From the NCBI GenBank assembly GCA_013239625.1, contig MU053482.1:2021168-2085167 (forward strand): a DNA stretch of 64,000 bases, in the 5' to 3' direction. Positions 26,828 through 38,606 of the stretch are shown one piece after another. Source of the DNA: Lama guanicoe. Taxonomy: Eukaryota. The notes under the pieces were generated by a model. That model did not search any database, had not been told where the DNA came from, and was given only the letters and a program-made list of their open reading frames with translations. The position numbers and the translations under genes were made by a program. Every line of letters begins with the position of its first letter. The first letter of the stretch is position 1.

Positions 26828-27074
26828 AAGAAAGTGTTCTCTTGACTCTTTTCTTTTTCTTTTTTTTTTTTAGCACTTTCCAAAAATATTTGATGTTCAT
26901 GAAACCATCTAATGTAATAAGTGGAAATAAATAAATCTAAAATCCATTTTCCAATTATAAATAAAACTCATAAAATACATGACTATCTATCTGATTAAAT
27001 GAATGCCACAAATTAGTGTTATTTCAACTGCTTGATATGTGAATAAAACAGATATTAACTTTCTCATACTGAAT

Positions 27075-27325
27075 AATAATAGCTAACATTTATGAAACAT
27101 CTTTTATGTGGCAGGAACTGGTCTAAATACTTTCGGGACACAGCCTCACTTAATTCTTATAATAATTCTATAAAATTAGCTTTAATGTTATCCCCATTTT
27201 ACAGATAATTAAGCCAAGATAAGAGAGGTTAGGTAACTTGCACAAAGCCACACAGGTAATAAATGATACAGACTTCAATCCCAGAAAATCTGCTGCCAGA
27301 CCAAACTCTTAACAGTAATGCTATA
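27075..27325 (-). mobile_element. MIR SINE
   Basis: aataatagctaacatttat...tatccccattttacagataatta...gaggttaggtaacttgcacaaagccacacag. Confidence 0.8.
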
Positions 27326-28009
27326 AAAATGAAGCAAGTGTGAGATGTTCCAAAATTCTATCAATTCACAAAAGACTACTGGGTGACTTTAAATAACCGT
27401 GAATAGGATAGAAAGAACTGTTTTACCTCCCTAGGATTTTATGTTCCAAACAAATCACTGGTAGACTAAATTATAATACGATGATGCAAACATTTCATCA
27501 CTACACACCAAAACTCAGGCATAGTCAGGGCACCATAAAAAAATTAAAATTTATCATCAAAGTAAAAACAAAACAAAACCCAGGCTTAGAAGAAATGTTT
27601 TCAGACTTATGAAATGCATTTCATTCAGTAACAGCATTTCATGTTATCGGTACCATTCTGGGCACTGGAAATATAAAGAGGAAAACACAAATAATGTCCC
27701 TACTCTTACAGAGGTTATATTTTAAGAGCGTAAACAGGGAGAGACAGATAAATAAACACACAATAAAATGCCTGTGTGCTATGATGAAAATAAGACGGCA
27801 ATGAGATCAAGAGTAACTTAAGGGCTACTTTAGTTTGAATAATCAAAACAGTCTCTCTGAAAAGATGGTATTTAAGAGGAAAGCTGAATTACAAGCATTT
27901 TTAATGTGTCAGCTACACAGATTTAGCAACTCAGCATTTTAGTATATGAAAACTATAATTTATGCTCAAGAAAAACAATTTACCTAGTAAACATTAAGGT
28001 GATAACTAC

Positions 28010-28112
28010 CTTTCTATCAGAGAGAACCTTAAAACATCTAACAATGTAGAAGCAAATATTAAGAATCCTTTGCCCTTTTTCTTGTAATTGTTCTCATTTT
28101 CAGATACCATGC
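28010..28112 (-). pseudogene. Pseudo-exon, TPR-like helix
   Basis: Strong polypyrimidine acceptor tatttttttccttcatag|, donor agaaag|gtagtt; stop-free GMVSENENNYKKKGKGFLIFASTLLDVLRFSLIER. Confidence 0.6.
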
Positions 28113-29861
28113 CTATGAAGGAAAAAAATAACAAGGGACATATATATAACAGCCTTGAAGTGGCAACATTATATAGATAGAGACTTAGGTGAGGAGAGAG
28201 GGAGGCAGTTGTGGCACAAGGGATTCTAAACACACACACACACATATGCATGTAAAACTGGTGAAATCTGACAAATTGTATTCATGTCCATTTTCCAGTT
28301 GTGATACTATTATACAAGATGTTACCATTGTGGGAGACTGGATGAAGAGTCCAATAGAATCTCTCTATTAATTTCTTAAAAGGGCATATGACAATTATCT
28401 CCCCCAAAATGTTTTTTTTAAAAAACTATAAGGTGAATGTCAAATACATATTTAGGAAGCATAAGAATATTGCAAAGAAATAGCTTTCAACAAATTTCAT
28501 GCACTAATCCATTGGTTTAACTTAAGAACTAGTCCTCATCAAAAAGAGTAAAATAGACTTTGAGGCTTATAGACCAAAAAATTAGAAAATATGCATTTTT
28601 CATGTAAGAGGCATCTGTAATTTCACACTGTGACCTAACTATAAATGTACTTTAACTTTCATCATTTTCAAACCAGGACTCAGGAAATAAACTTATACTG
28701 TTAAAAGGAAGTCAAATGTACTATAAGTAAATAAAGGCAAAAAGAATTGCAAGTTTACCTTATGTAGCTTGTAATTAAACAATGCTGATAATACCTTTGG
28801 AGGAGGGGATACATTTTTAAAACTAGAAACTAAAGAGGCTAATTTAATTTCAAAGTGAAAATGTTTCCCAAATTTCAGAATGTAAAAGCTATTACTCTAC
28901 ATTCTTTTTAAAGTATACTATATATATATAGTATATAGGAAAATATATAATATATATAGGAAAACAGAAATTAAATAAGCCTAGAATCTCCTTTTTTAGA
29001 AAAAAGAATTCTACCTAACCATTTTGACAAATTCATAAGGAGCAATCAAAGCAGAAAGTACCACGCAGGATAACTTTAAATAAATAATCAACTATTTTTA
29101 TACAAATCACTATGATCCAGTCCCACTCCTCAACTAACAAAAAATGACTGAGAACAAAGAACAGACTGCTGGAGCATTACGTGAAACTAGTCAATCAGAG
29201 AGACTCTGAGAAGTATGATCCCATGGGTGGAATAATACTCAGATCCAACACCTACTGTGCTATTGAACATTCAGCATTCCCGAGCAAACTATTTAACCTT
29301 TGCACCTCAATTTTCTGAGCTGTAAAATGAGAATCATGATACCTGCCAATTCGTACACAGGGATGCTGAAGTGTAAGATGCTGCATCTAAGCTACCGCAG
29401 CCCAACAGATTCCAGCAGCTCTTGCCCAAGCGAAACTTCCAAAACTACCAAAGTGAAAACAAACTCTACTGCTTTCCATTTTATCTCCAAACACCCGGAT
29501 GAACATCATCAGAAGTTGAATATTATCACTAGAACATTTAAAAACTAATGCCTGATTCTGAGACATAGGAATTTAGTAACAACAGGTGGTTTTATGGTTA
29601 TTTTCTCAATGGATTAATTTATTATGTCAGACTAAATGTAAATGTAAGCACTCCATAAAAATGTCACAACCCACAAAAGAATGAAATAGTAATAAGATAC
29701 ATATATATGATCACATCCTAAAATGTATTAACTCCTATGTTGTTTCTTCCTTCCCTAGCAAAGCGAATGTACAGAACATCCAAAGTGAGAAGTGAAGATG
29801 CACACAGACAAGGTGAGACAAAGAAGGACAAAGCCACCCTAGGCCCAGCTGCACTACATAC

Positions 29862-29956
29862 CTAAGCAAAGCTACAGGTGTAACGTCAGAGCCAGTATCA
29901 GTAGACTCTGAAAAAGTGTGGAAGTAAGAGTTCTTGGACACTGATAGTCAAGTATT
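29862..29956 (-). pseudogene. Pseudo-exon (95 nt, phase 2 to phase 1)
   Basis: Acceptor ttcttatttgtag|, donor gcttag|gtatgt. Its length links the reading frames of both neighbouring exons: ILDYQCPRTLTSTLFQSLLILALTLHL*LCL. Confidence 0.55.
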
Positions 29957-30944
29957 CTACAAATAAGAACATCTGATCATTTCACCTTTACACATCAAGC
30001 AACGCAGGTCATAAACTGCTGGAAAGCCTATGTATCAATGAGCCAACTCTGGTCTAACCACACTTTGAGGGAGGGCAGTTGGTTCTGGCAGGAACTCAGA
30101 TGTGTCAGAACAGAAGTTGAGCAACAGGAAGATTCACTTGATAGAAAATGCAGGAGGACAGGAGCCCCAAGACGTATCTAGCACATAGTTAACAGAGAGT
30201 ACTATAATAGCTAATATGATACAGCTACCAAAATATGATAGTATTACTTTGTTATATGCAATAATTATCTAACAAATATAATACAAATAAACTAAGAAGC
30301 TACATTTCTGGATAAGAGGTTTTAATTTTTTCAATAAAGTTAAAGTCATGTTAATCTGCATTCTAAAGTTCAGTAACTATAGATTCTAGAGCCAATAACT
30401 AAGATACAGAAAATGGTCAGAAAAATGCTGTACATCTGAGAGTAACATTGTGAATCAACTACACTTAAAAAAAACAAAAAACTTGAAGAAAATACCCAGA
30501 AAGAAAAATCAACAGATATTCCAAGAATGCATAATAAACTAGAATATTACAGAGCCTATCAAACTCACTTGTCACTCAAATTTCAAAAGCCTATGACTTT
30601 TCACAAACTTCATTATTTACTGTTTATGCAATGTGCTATAAGCAGAATAATCTTCAATATGTTTCCTGATTCTACCATGTCACCCACTTTATGCTTGTTT
30701 ATCTGGGCATATAAATATCTTTTTATACTCTTCATGGTCACTTAAAAATATCTAGAACCACTCCTGAAAAATAGTAATCATCTACTCAATAACACAGAAA
30801 AGTAGAAGTACTGTGTAATATTAATGTTTCTCTTCATAGTCACTTTATAGTCTACCAATGCAGAAGCAAAGGATATGTAAATATATATTCCACTTGCACA
30901 CCTCTCCATCTTACAGCTCTGCAGTTCTTTCTACACAAGCTTAC

Positions 30945-31278
30945 TTCAGTTTTCTTCATTTTACATACAGATCTTAAAAATTCCCTTTTGCCCATTTTCT
31001 AAATATACTCAATGGCAACAGAGCCATGACAGCCATTTTTGTATGGCAAATTTCTTGAACAAGAATCATACCATAATCCTGGTAAAGGTCAAATGCATCA
31101 GTGCCTCTCCAGGGAAGTTCTTCCATGCAGTAATGAGTCATTTTTCTTTAGAAATGAAAGTTTCACTCTGTTGAGTAAATGACTGCTCATATGCAGACAT
31201 CTCTCACTCTGAGTCAATCAACTATGCCACAATCTTCTCTTTTCTCATTTTTGAAGTCTACAAGCCCTTATATATATA
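30945..31278 (-). pseudogene. Pseudo-exon containing the 'EELPW' motif
   Basis: Acceptor ttttccatcag|, donor ctgaa|gtaagc. After a frameshift it reads RKMTHYCMEELPW (31109-31147)...ALLPLSIFRKWAKGNF*DLYVK*RKL, parallel to NPHP3 'RVTWRSADELPW...[24 protein letters not shown]'. Confidence 0.7.
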
Positions 31279-31640
31279 CTGATGGAAAAGCACTCACAGA
31301 TTTGTTGACTTATCACACACCACACCTGTACTTGGAATTTTAAAAAATTTCCATATTAGTAATAAAGTAGAGCTCTTCCTACAGTGAGTTTCACCATGCT
31401 CAGAGCCCTGGTTCTTGTTTACCATATACAGTGGACGCAAAATAACCTAAATTCAAAGTTATTTATCATAGCATTGTTAGTAATATCAAAATATTTGGAA
31501 ACATTCAAATACCCTTCAATAAAAGACTAGTGTACATCCATACGGTGGAATATTACGCAGCAACTGAAAAATGGAGAGACTTTTTTTTTAATTGGAAAAC
31601 TCTCCCTAGCTATTGTTAGGTTAAAAAAAAAAAAAAGAAG

Positions 31641-32268
31641 TCCTGGGCTTGTATCCAGAAGGAAATCTACTTCAAGATGACGCCTGCACCCCAATGTTCA
31701 TAGCAGCACTATTTACAATAGCCAAAACATGGAAACAGCCTAAATGTCCATCAACAGGTGACTGGATAAAGAAGATGTGGTATATTTATACAATGGAATA
31801 CTACTCAGCCATAAAAACCGACAACATAATGCCATTTGCAGCAACATGGATGCTCCTGGAGAATGTCATTCTAAGTGAAGTAAGCCAGAAAGAGAAAGAA
31901 AAATACCATATGAGATCGCTCATATGTGGAATCTAAAAAACAAAAACAAAAACAAACAAACAAACAAAAACAAAGCATAAATACAGGACAGAAATAGACT
32001 CATGGACAGAGAATACAGACTTGTGGTTACCAGGGGGGTGGAGGGTGGGAAGGGATAGACTGGGATTTCAAAATTGTAGAATAGATAAACAAGATTACAC
32101 TGTATAGCACAGGGAAATATACACAAAATGTTATGATAACTCACAGAAAAAAAAATGTGACAATGAGTGTGTATATGTCCATGAATGACTGAAAAATTGT
32201 GCTGAACACTGGAATTTGACACAACATTGTAAAATGATTATAAATCAATAAAAAATTTTAAAAAAAAA
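31641..32268 (+). mobile_element. Young lineage-specific 5'-truncated L1
   Basis: ORF 31649..31936 is an intact L1 ORF2 C-terminus ([23 protein letters not shown]...WIKKMWYIYTMEYYSAIK), followed by 3' UTR and poly(A). Confidence 0.95.
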
Positions 32269-32539
32269 GTGAAGGCACATAGTATACTACCATTTGTGTA
32301 AAAGAGGGGTAATTTTTATTTATATTTAATATGCTATATGTATATTATACATCTATTTTTATATATTTAATTTATACACACACATATCTCTCTGAAAGGA
32401 TACTCATTATAGGGAAATCAGGGTCAAGAGGACAGGGACAAAAGGAAGAATTTTTCACTATATACCCTTCTATTTTTAAATGATGTACTAAGTACAACTA
32501 TCATCTATTCAAAAAATAATTAAATTTAAACTAAAAGAA

Positions 32540-32750
32540 TATATAGCATGATAGTTACACACAGAAGCTCTGTAGATAAAAAGACCTGGGTTTAAGTCTC
32601 AGCTCTGCCATTTACCAGTGTGTGGCCTTAGGCAAGTTCTCCAAGCCCCAGTTTCCTCATCTGTAAAATGGGGGTAATAATACTTACTGGGAGAATTAGA
32701 TCAAATCAAGTATATAAATCACTTAGACAGTACCTGGAAACTATTATTAA
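32540..32750 (+). mobile_element. MIR SINE
   Basis: agacctgggtttaagtctcagctctgccatttacc...cagtttcctcatctgtaaaatgggg. Confidence 0.8.
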
Positions 32751-33399
32751 ATATTCTATTTAAATGGTACTGTAGACTCAGAAGTCACAAAGTTACAATC
32801 ATCATCAATCATTTTTTTCTCTTTCTTCTTATTCACAGTGAGCAAATTTTGCTAGTTCCTCTTTCAAAAAGATACAGTATCAAAAAGATATTGGATACCA
32901 TATCTGGATACCATATAAGATGGCATCCATTTTATAACCCCTAGAGATTGGCCCAGACCCCGAAGTATCAGCTAAAGAGTTTGAATTTTATAAGCTAGTC
33001 AATTGGAACCAGTGCATATTTGCCACTATATACAGATATATCTGTATAATCTCTACTCTATTAAATATCAAATGCCACCAATTTGTATCTGTAGTCCCAC
33101 TTTACCGTTTATAAAGTATTTTCAAACACTAATTCAGTTCCTGAAATAAGAATCTCAGAAACTCAGATCTTCTCATTTCACTGTTCATTCCACCTGCACT
33201 TACCAGGAAGTGTCCATTCTTACAGGATGTCATCAAGCAACTGCTCTTCCCTCACCTAGAAGGCTCTTACCTATGTCAACCAAAACTTCGTTCCCAGAAG
33301 CTGTCCTGGACCTGGTAGCCACGGGTCTCTGAATTCTATCTACTGTGACAGCAAACAACTTGAGCCCCACAACAACTGCCTGATGCATTTATCTACAAG

Positions 33400-34740
33400 G
33401 ATGACCTACAAGCACCTCAAATTCAACGTGTTCGCAACAGTCATAATTATCTCACTTTGATCCTCCGCTCTCAACCCTTACCTGAACTTGCTTTCCACCT
33501 CTACCTCCTGGAACCCCTGTTTCAGTGAATGGTCCTATGGTCACCCAAGTGGGCAAACCATAAATCTCAAAGTCATTCTCCTCCCTCTCCCTAGATTCAC
33601 GAGTCCTGCCTCTATCTCTAAATATCTATAGAATTAATCTACCCTTCAGAATGGATATAGACTAGGAGAGAGAGACAGTCGGAGAAGATGGCTCATGCTT
33701 CGTTCCCCAGTCTGCCAGGATGAGAGGGCAGTGATTAAGAGATCTGACTCTGGCTCCAAACCAGTATGGTTCAAATCCCAGCTTAGGTACTTACTAGCTA
33801 TCTGACCTTGGGCATAGTACTACTGAACCTCTGTCTCAGTTTTCTCATCTACCCAACTGAGAAAATACTAGTAGCTCTCTCATAGGATTGTTGTAAAGTG
33901 CAAAAGGATTAATATAATGTAAAGTGCTTAGAATAATGTCAGGTACACTTCATAGTATTCACTACCATTTTCAACAGAAATATCATTTTTTTAAATGTCA
34001 TAAGATATTTGCTCTATAGTAGTATAAAATCCAGAAATTTTTCATCAAGACAGAAAATCAAAACATAGTCCAATGTCCAATTAATCTGAGCCTCCATCCC
34101 ACTAAGTTTTAGTCATGTTGTGCCCATGGCTATTTCCCTACTGTACAACTCCAGTATCTCTTATCTAGAGAACCACACCAGCCTCCAATTAACTGAGCTC
34201 TTTATCACTAGCCTTCTCCAATACATTCTCCAGACTGCAGCCAAAATGGTTTTTCTAACATGCATATCTACTTATGAAAGCCTTCAACCACTCTCTGTTA
34301 CTTCAAACAAGTAATAAGTTAAAGTCTAGATTTCTTAACGTGGCTTAAAGAGCCCAATATGATGTATGCGATATGGTCTCAAGCCTCATCCTTATCCACT
34401 TTCCCACCCTGTCATCTTGGCTCCTGTTATCACTCTTCCCGTTCCTAAAAATCCTTTCAGATCCTATGCCTCTCAGGTCCAGACTCTACATCTGTTATGT
34501 CCTGTGCTTGAAACACTGTGCCCCATCACTCTACCTTTTACCTGGATAATTTCTACCTATGCTTCCATCTTAATTTAGAGGCACTTCAGCCAAAAACCAC
34601 ATCTCCTGGCCTCCAAATCTGGCTTAGGTGCCCTTCCTATGAGTCAAGCAGTACCGTATACTTCCCCTATCATGGCACTTTTCTCAACCGCCTATTTACT
34701 TGTCTATATTCCCACATCAGACAATAAGCTCTATCTGTTA
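33400..34740 (+). mobile_element. L2 fragments interrupted by a MIR (~33728-33960)
   Basis: gcacctcaaattcaacgtg...; tctccagactgcagccaaaatgg...; MIR core ggttcaaatcccagct...ctcagttttctcatct. Confidence 0.65.
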
Positions 34741-35082
34741 AATAATTTACTATCATGAATAGGGTTTCACAAGATTTATGGATATTTTGCAAACAATATT
34801 AAGTGTGAGGATTTTTGTAAACTAAAGTAAACCAAGCAAATATAATAGAAGCTGAAAGTCTTAGGAAGACATTCAATATGACATAGAATCTAATCATTAT
34901 GACTGTCCAGAAATCAGGCCAGAATCTTTGGGAAATGGCAAAAGAGGCCTCTCTGAAGAATAGGTAGAAATAGTTTCCAGTGACACAGAGGCAAGAAATC
35001 ATAAGCAACAGTGTATCTCCTGCTAAGCCTCTGGAAACAAAGAAAGAAACAAACAAACAAACAAAATCTATCACAGGAGATC

Positions 35083-35272
35083 TTTTTTTTAACTTTTTTT
35101 ATTGATTTATAATCATTTTACAATGTTGTATCAAATTCCAGTGTAGAGCACAATTTTTCAGTTACACATGAACATATATATATTCATTGTCACATTTTTT
35201 TTCTCTGTGAGCTACCACAAGATCTTGTATATATTTCCCTGTACTATACAGTATAATCTTGTTTATCTATTC
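35083..35272 (-). mobile_element. Young L1 3' tail
   Basis: Reverse complement of the same 3' UTR family as 31641-32268 (ttttattgatttataatcattttacaatgttg). Confidence 0.88.
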
Positions 35273-35389
35273 TTTTAAAGATATAAAACACATGCTTCAA
35301 TCTCCTGGCCAACTATAAGTTCCACCACACTGAACTGAAAAATCAATGTCTGAAATCCATGCAGATTAAATATATCAATGAGTGAAAAA

Positions 35390-35565
35390 AAATAGCAGAT
35401 ACAAACTATTATATACAAAACAGATAAACAACAAGGTCCTACTATATAGCACAGGGAACTACATTCAATATCTTATAATAACCTATAATGGAAAAATTAT
35501 ATATATGTAGAACTCACTGCACACCAGAAACTAACACACTGTAAATAAATATACTTCAAAAAAAC
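35390..35565 (+). mobile_element. L1 3' UTR fragment
   Basis: gataaacaacaaggtcctactatatagcacagggaact...caccagaaactaacac. Confidence 0.8.
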
Positions 35566-36903
35566 TAATAAACATTCAAGCTTATCTTCTACCTTAACAG
35601 TCAATTTTCAATTCTCTTATTTTCGCTGTCCCCATACACAAAGTTAGTTTCTTCATCCTCTATACTTGGTGGCAATTTATACACAACTCTGGTATTACTT
35701 CTATCACACTCTATCATATTACTTAAGTACCTCTCCACCACCAGACTGTCATGAAGACAGAAGTGATGTCATTAATTCATCATTGTATCTTTAGGACTCT
35801 CACTGCACATAGTAGGTATTTGGTGTTCATGGAAAGGAGGAAAGGAGGGAAGAGAAAGAGAAAGAGCAATCTGTTTATACAAATAAGCCAAAAGATAGCA
35901 GCTGAAATGATAGAGAATTCCCATAGATGTAAGGAAAAGAAGTCTGAAAGAAGTTAAATTGCTAAAAGTTAACATGCAGATAATTCAGTGAGCTTTAAAT
36001 TAATACGAATTAATAATAAAAAGAATGACTATTCAGTCTCACCCCTTGGCACACTACTAAAAAGCTTGCAAAGTAAGGAGCTCCATGTAGGGTTCTTTAT
36101 ATATCCTATGTAGAAGCACAGAGACCAAAAACAAAAAGGGGTGGGGGGAGTGGAAAGCAGAAACAGGGAAAGAAAAAGAAGAATGAAAGCTGTTCCATGC
36201 CTTGCAAGGTGTCTAAGAAGTCACAGTGATTCAAACACTTCAAAAATGGTAGTCCATAGACCGTATTAGTAACATTTTTAAAAAGATGCATGAGGATATT
36301 TTCCTACTTGGGGGTGGGTGGAGAAAAATGTTGGATATTCTCAACAGAAATTCAACTGTCATATCTTCACTTAGCAACATGACTTTAAAATGTTCAAAGA
36401 TCAAGTGAAAAATTCATTTGTTCAGTATTTTTTAAAATACCCCAATATTTGAAAGATCATTATTTCAACATTAAATATCACTATTTACATTGCACAGTAC
36501 TCAGGCTGGAGTAAGAACTGAGAAGACTATCCTACAGAAGATTTGCTTTTAGCAGAGTCAGACAATCTGTTCATCTCCAAGACTGCCAAGGATTTACCTA
36601 GCTCCTCAATGAACTTAAGGACATTCCCCATATTCTACCAATAACTCAGAGTTCCAAACGAGTTCATGGAAGAGAGAAATAATCTGCTATAATCACATAT
36701 GCAATGAAAAGTATTAAAGAATTCTAGAAGTCCCATAAAACTTGTATCTTCCTCACCAGGGAATTTCTCCCAGCACAATGACTTTCTTTCGTAATACCAA
36801 ATCAAAGGTTTAATAGCACCCACATTGTGCTTGGGTTCATTCCAAAACAGAAACTTCTCTAAAGACTTTGGAAAAGAAACCCAACACTTAGACAGAGGCT
36901 TAC

Positions 36904-37093
36904 CTCTTCAGAAGAAAGTCTATTTTGAAAGAGAACCATCTGTCCCTAGAGGTTAAGCCCATTCCAAAGAGAAGATATGTAACTTCCTCTATTTTATTAA
37001 CTTATTGGCATGATAATTCACATCAATTTAAAGGCATTTCTTCCACAATGAGCTGTTTGAAAGCTAAATGCACTAAATCTTCTTTCACAGGGC
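36904..37093 (-). pseudogene. Pseudo-exon: winged-helix-like region
   Basis: Acceptor tacttacag|, donor gaagag|gtaagc. Reads GPVKEDLVHLAFKQLIVEEMPLN*CELSCQ*VNKIEEVTYLLFGMGLTSRDRWFSFKIDFLLK (2 stops), similar to the NPHP3-like '[23 protein letters not shown]...L.KMCLL....LRF' segment. Confidence 0.65.
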
Positions 37094-37839
37094 CTGTAAG
37101 TATTTTTTGAACTTAGTGATTCGCACTTAATGCTTTATTTTAAAATCAGTTTCATCATTTCATAAAATCAGTATTTCTTCAGGAAGATGGACTCCATTTT
37201 AACTCTATATCTATTACCCCAGGTCAGAATTGTAATGAATTGTGATTCCATTTGAAACCACTAATATTGTACTCAACAATCCAATTAGTAAGGGAGTCTG
37301 AACACACAATTTTCCAAAATGACTATAGGCTCCCACTTCCTATTCTTAAATATCTAAGACACTAATTGAATGTCCAAAGGTCCATATTCTTCTATCTATA
37401 GATCTCTCTCAAATACTCTCACAATAAAACCACGTTTTTAATTCTTACTCCCACAAAAGCTTTTTTTTTTTTTGGCTTTAAAGACTTAGCAACTGGATTT
37501 TTTAAATCAATTTGGTAAATAAATGTTTGAACTTTTTTAAAAAACTATGTTCATATGAGATTCAGAAGTCTCTATAGCGTATAGCTTGATATATTTTATA
37601 ATAGGAACAGAGGACAAAACTATCAAAGTATAGTAATTCTCAAATATATACAAGATAGATGTATGGACGTGTATGTAAGTATACATGTGCATTTGGTATA
37701 TATCCACTTAGTGAATTATCTACAAAGACAATTTAATGTCAGGCAGCTTTTATCTACATGTCACAGCCTTCCTAGATATGGTATGTTCAAGAATATAAAA
37801 TCAATCATATAAATCACTAACGCAAAACCTAGAATGGAG

Positions 37840-38363
37840 AAGTATTTATACAATGAGCACTACTCAGCCATAAAAAAGAATGAAATAATGCCTTTTGCAG
37901 CAACATGGATGGACCTGGAGATTGTCATTCTACGTGAAGTAGGCCAGAAAGAGAAAGAAAAATACCATATGATATCACTTATCTGTGGAATCTAAAAAAA
38001 AAACAAAAAAAAAGAAAAAAAGAAACAAACTTATTTACAAAACAGACTCATAGACATAGAAAACAAACTTATGGTTACCAGGGGGAAGAGGGTGGGAAAG
38101 GATAAATCGGGAGTTTGAGATTTGCAGACACTAACTAATATATATAAAATAGATAAACAACAAGTTCATACTGTATAGCACAGGGAACTATATTCAATAT
38201 CTTGTAGTAACTTATGGTGAAAAAGAATATGAAAATGAATATATGTATGTTCCGTATGACTGAAGCATTATGCTATACACCAGAAATTGACACAACATTG
38301 TAAACTGACTATACGTCAATAAAATACATATATACAAAAAAAAAAAGAACTGAAAAAAAAAAA
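37840..38363 (+). mobile_element. 5'-truncated L1 3' end
   Basis: tactcagccataaaaaagaatgaaataatgcc...3' UTR and A-rich tail. It ends ~20 bp from the donor of the 38381 pseudo-exon. Confidence 0.92.
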
Positions 38364-38380
38364 GGACATCTGATACAGAC

Positions 38381-38606
38381 CTTTGTCATAGATCTGATTG
38401 ATACTGACATGGACACTGTTAAAAATTTCCCAACGACAGAGAGCCCATTCTTTACTTTCCCCAAGAAGCTTGTTTCATTGGACTCCAATGACAGAATGTT
38501 ATTCCTCAAACTGAGCCAAAACTATCTCCGTATAAAGTTTCCTACAGGTCATACCTAGTCTGTCCTTACAGATATGTCTAGTCCATCTTTAACAGGACTC
38601 AGTCTT
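38381..38606 (-). pseudogene. Pseudo-exon: NACHT helical region
   Basis: Acceptor ttccttcatatctag|, donor gacaaag|gtctgt. Ends ...EIFNSVHVSINQIYDK in phase 1, matching the phase-1 start of the 37093 exon. Confidence 0.5.

Noticed and set aside
31649..31936. Intact-looking 95-aa ORF
   Set aside because: C-terminus of L1 ORF2 in a 5'-truncated copy, not a host gene.
36597..36830. Extra exon-like stretch (62-aa ORF and a ctag|gtaaat donor) just below the 36904 exon
   Set aside because: No clear acceptor, and the 36904>31278 junction already gives a continuous family alignment without it.
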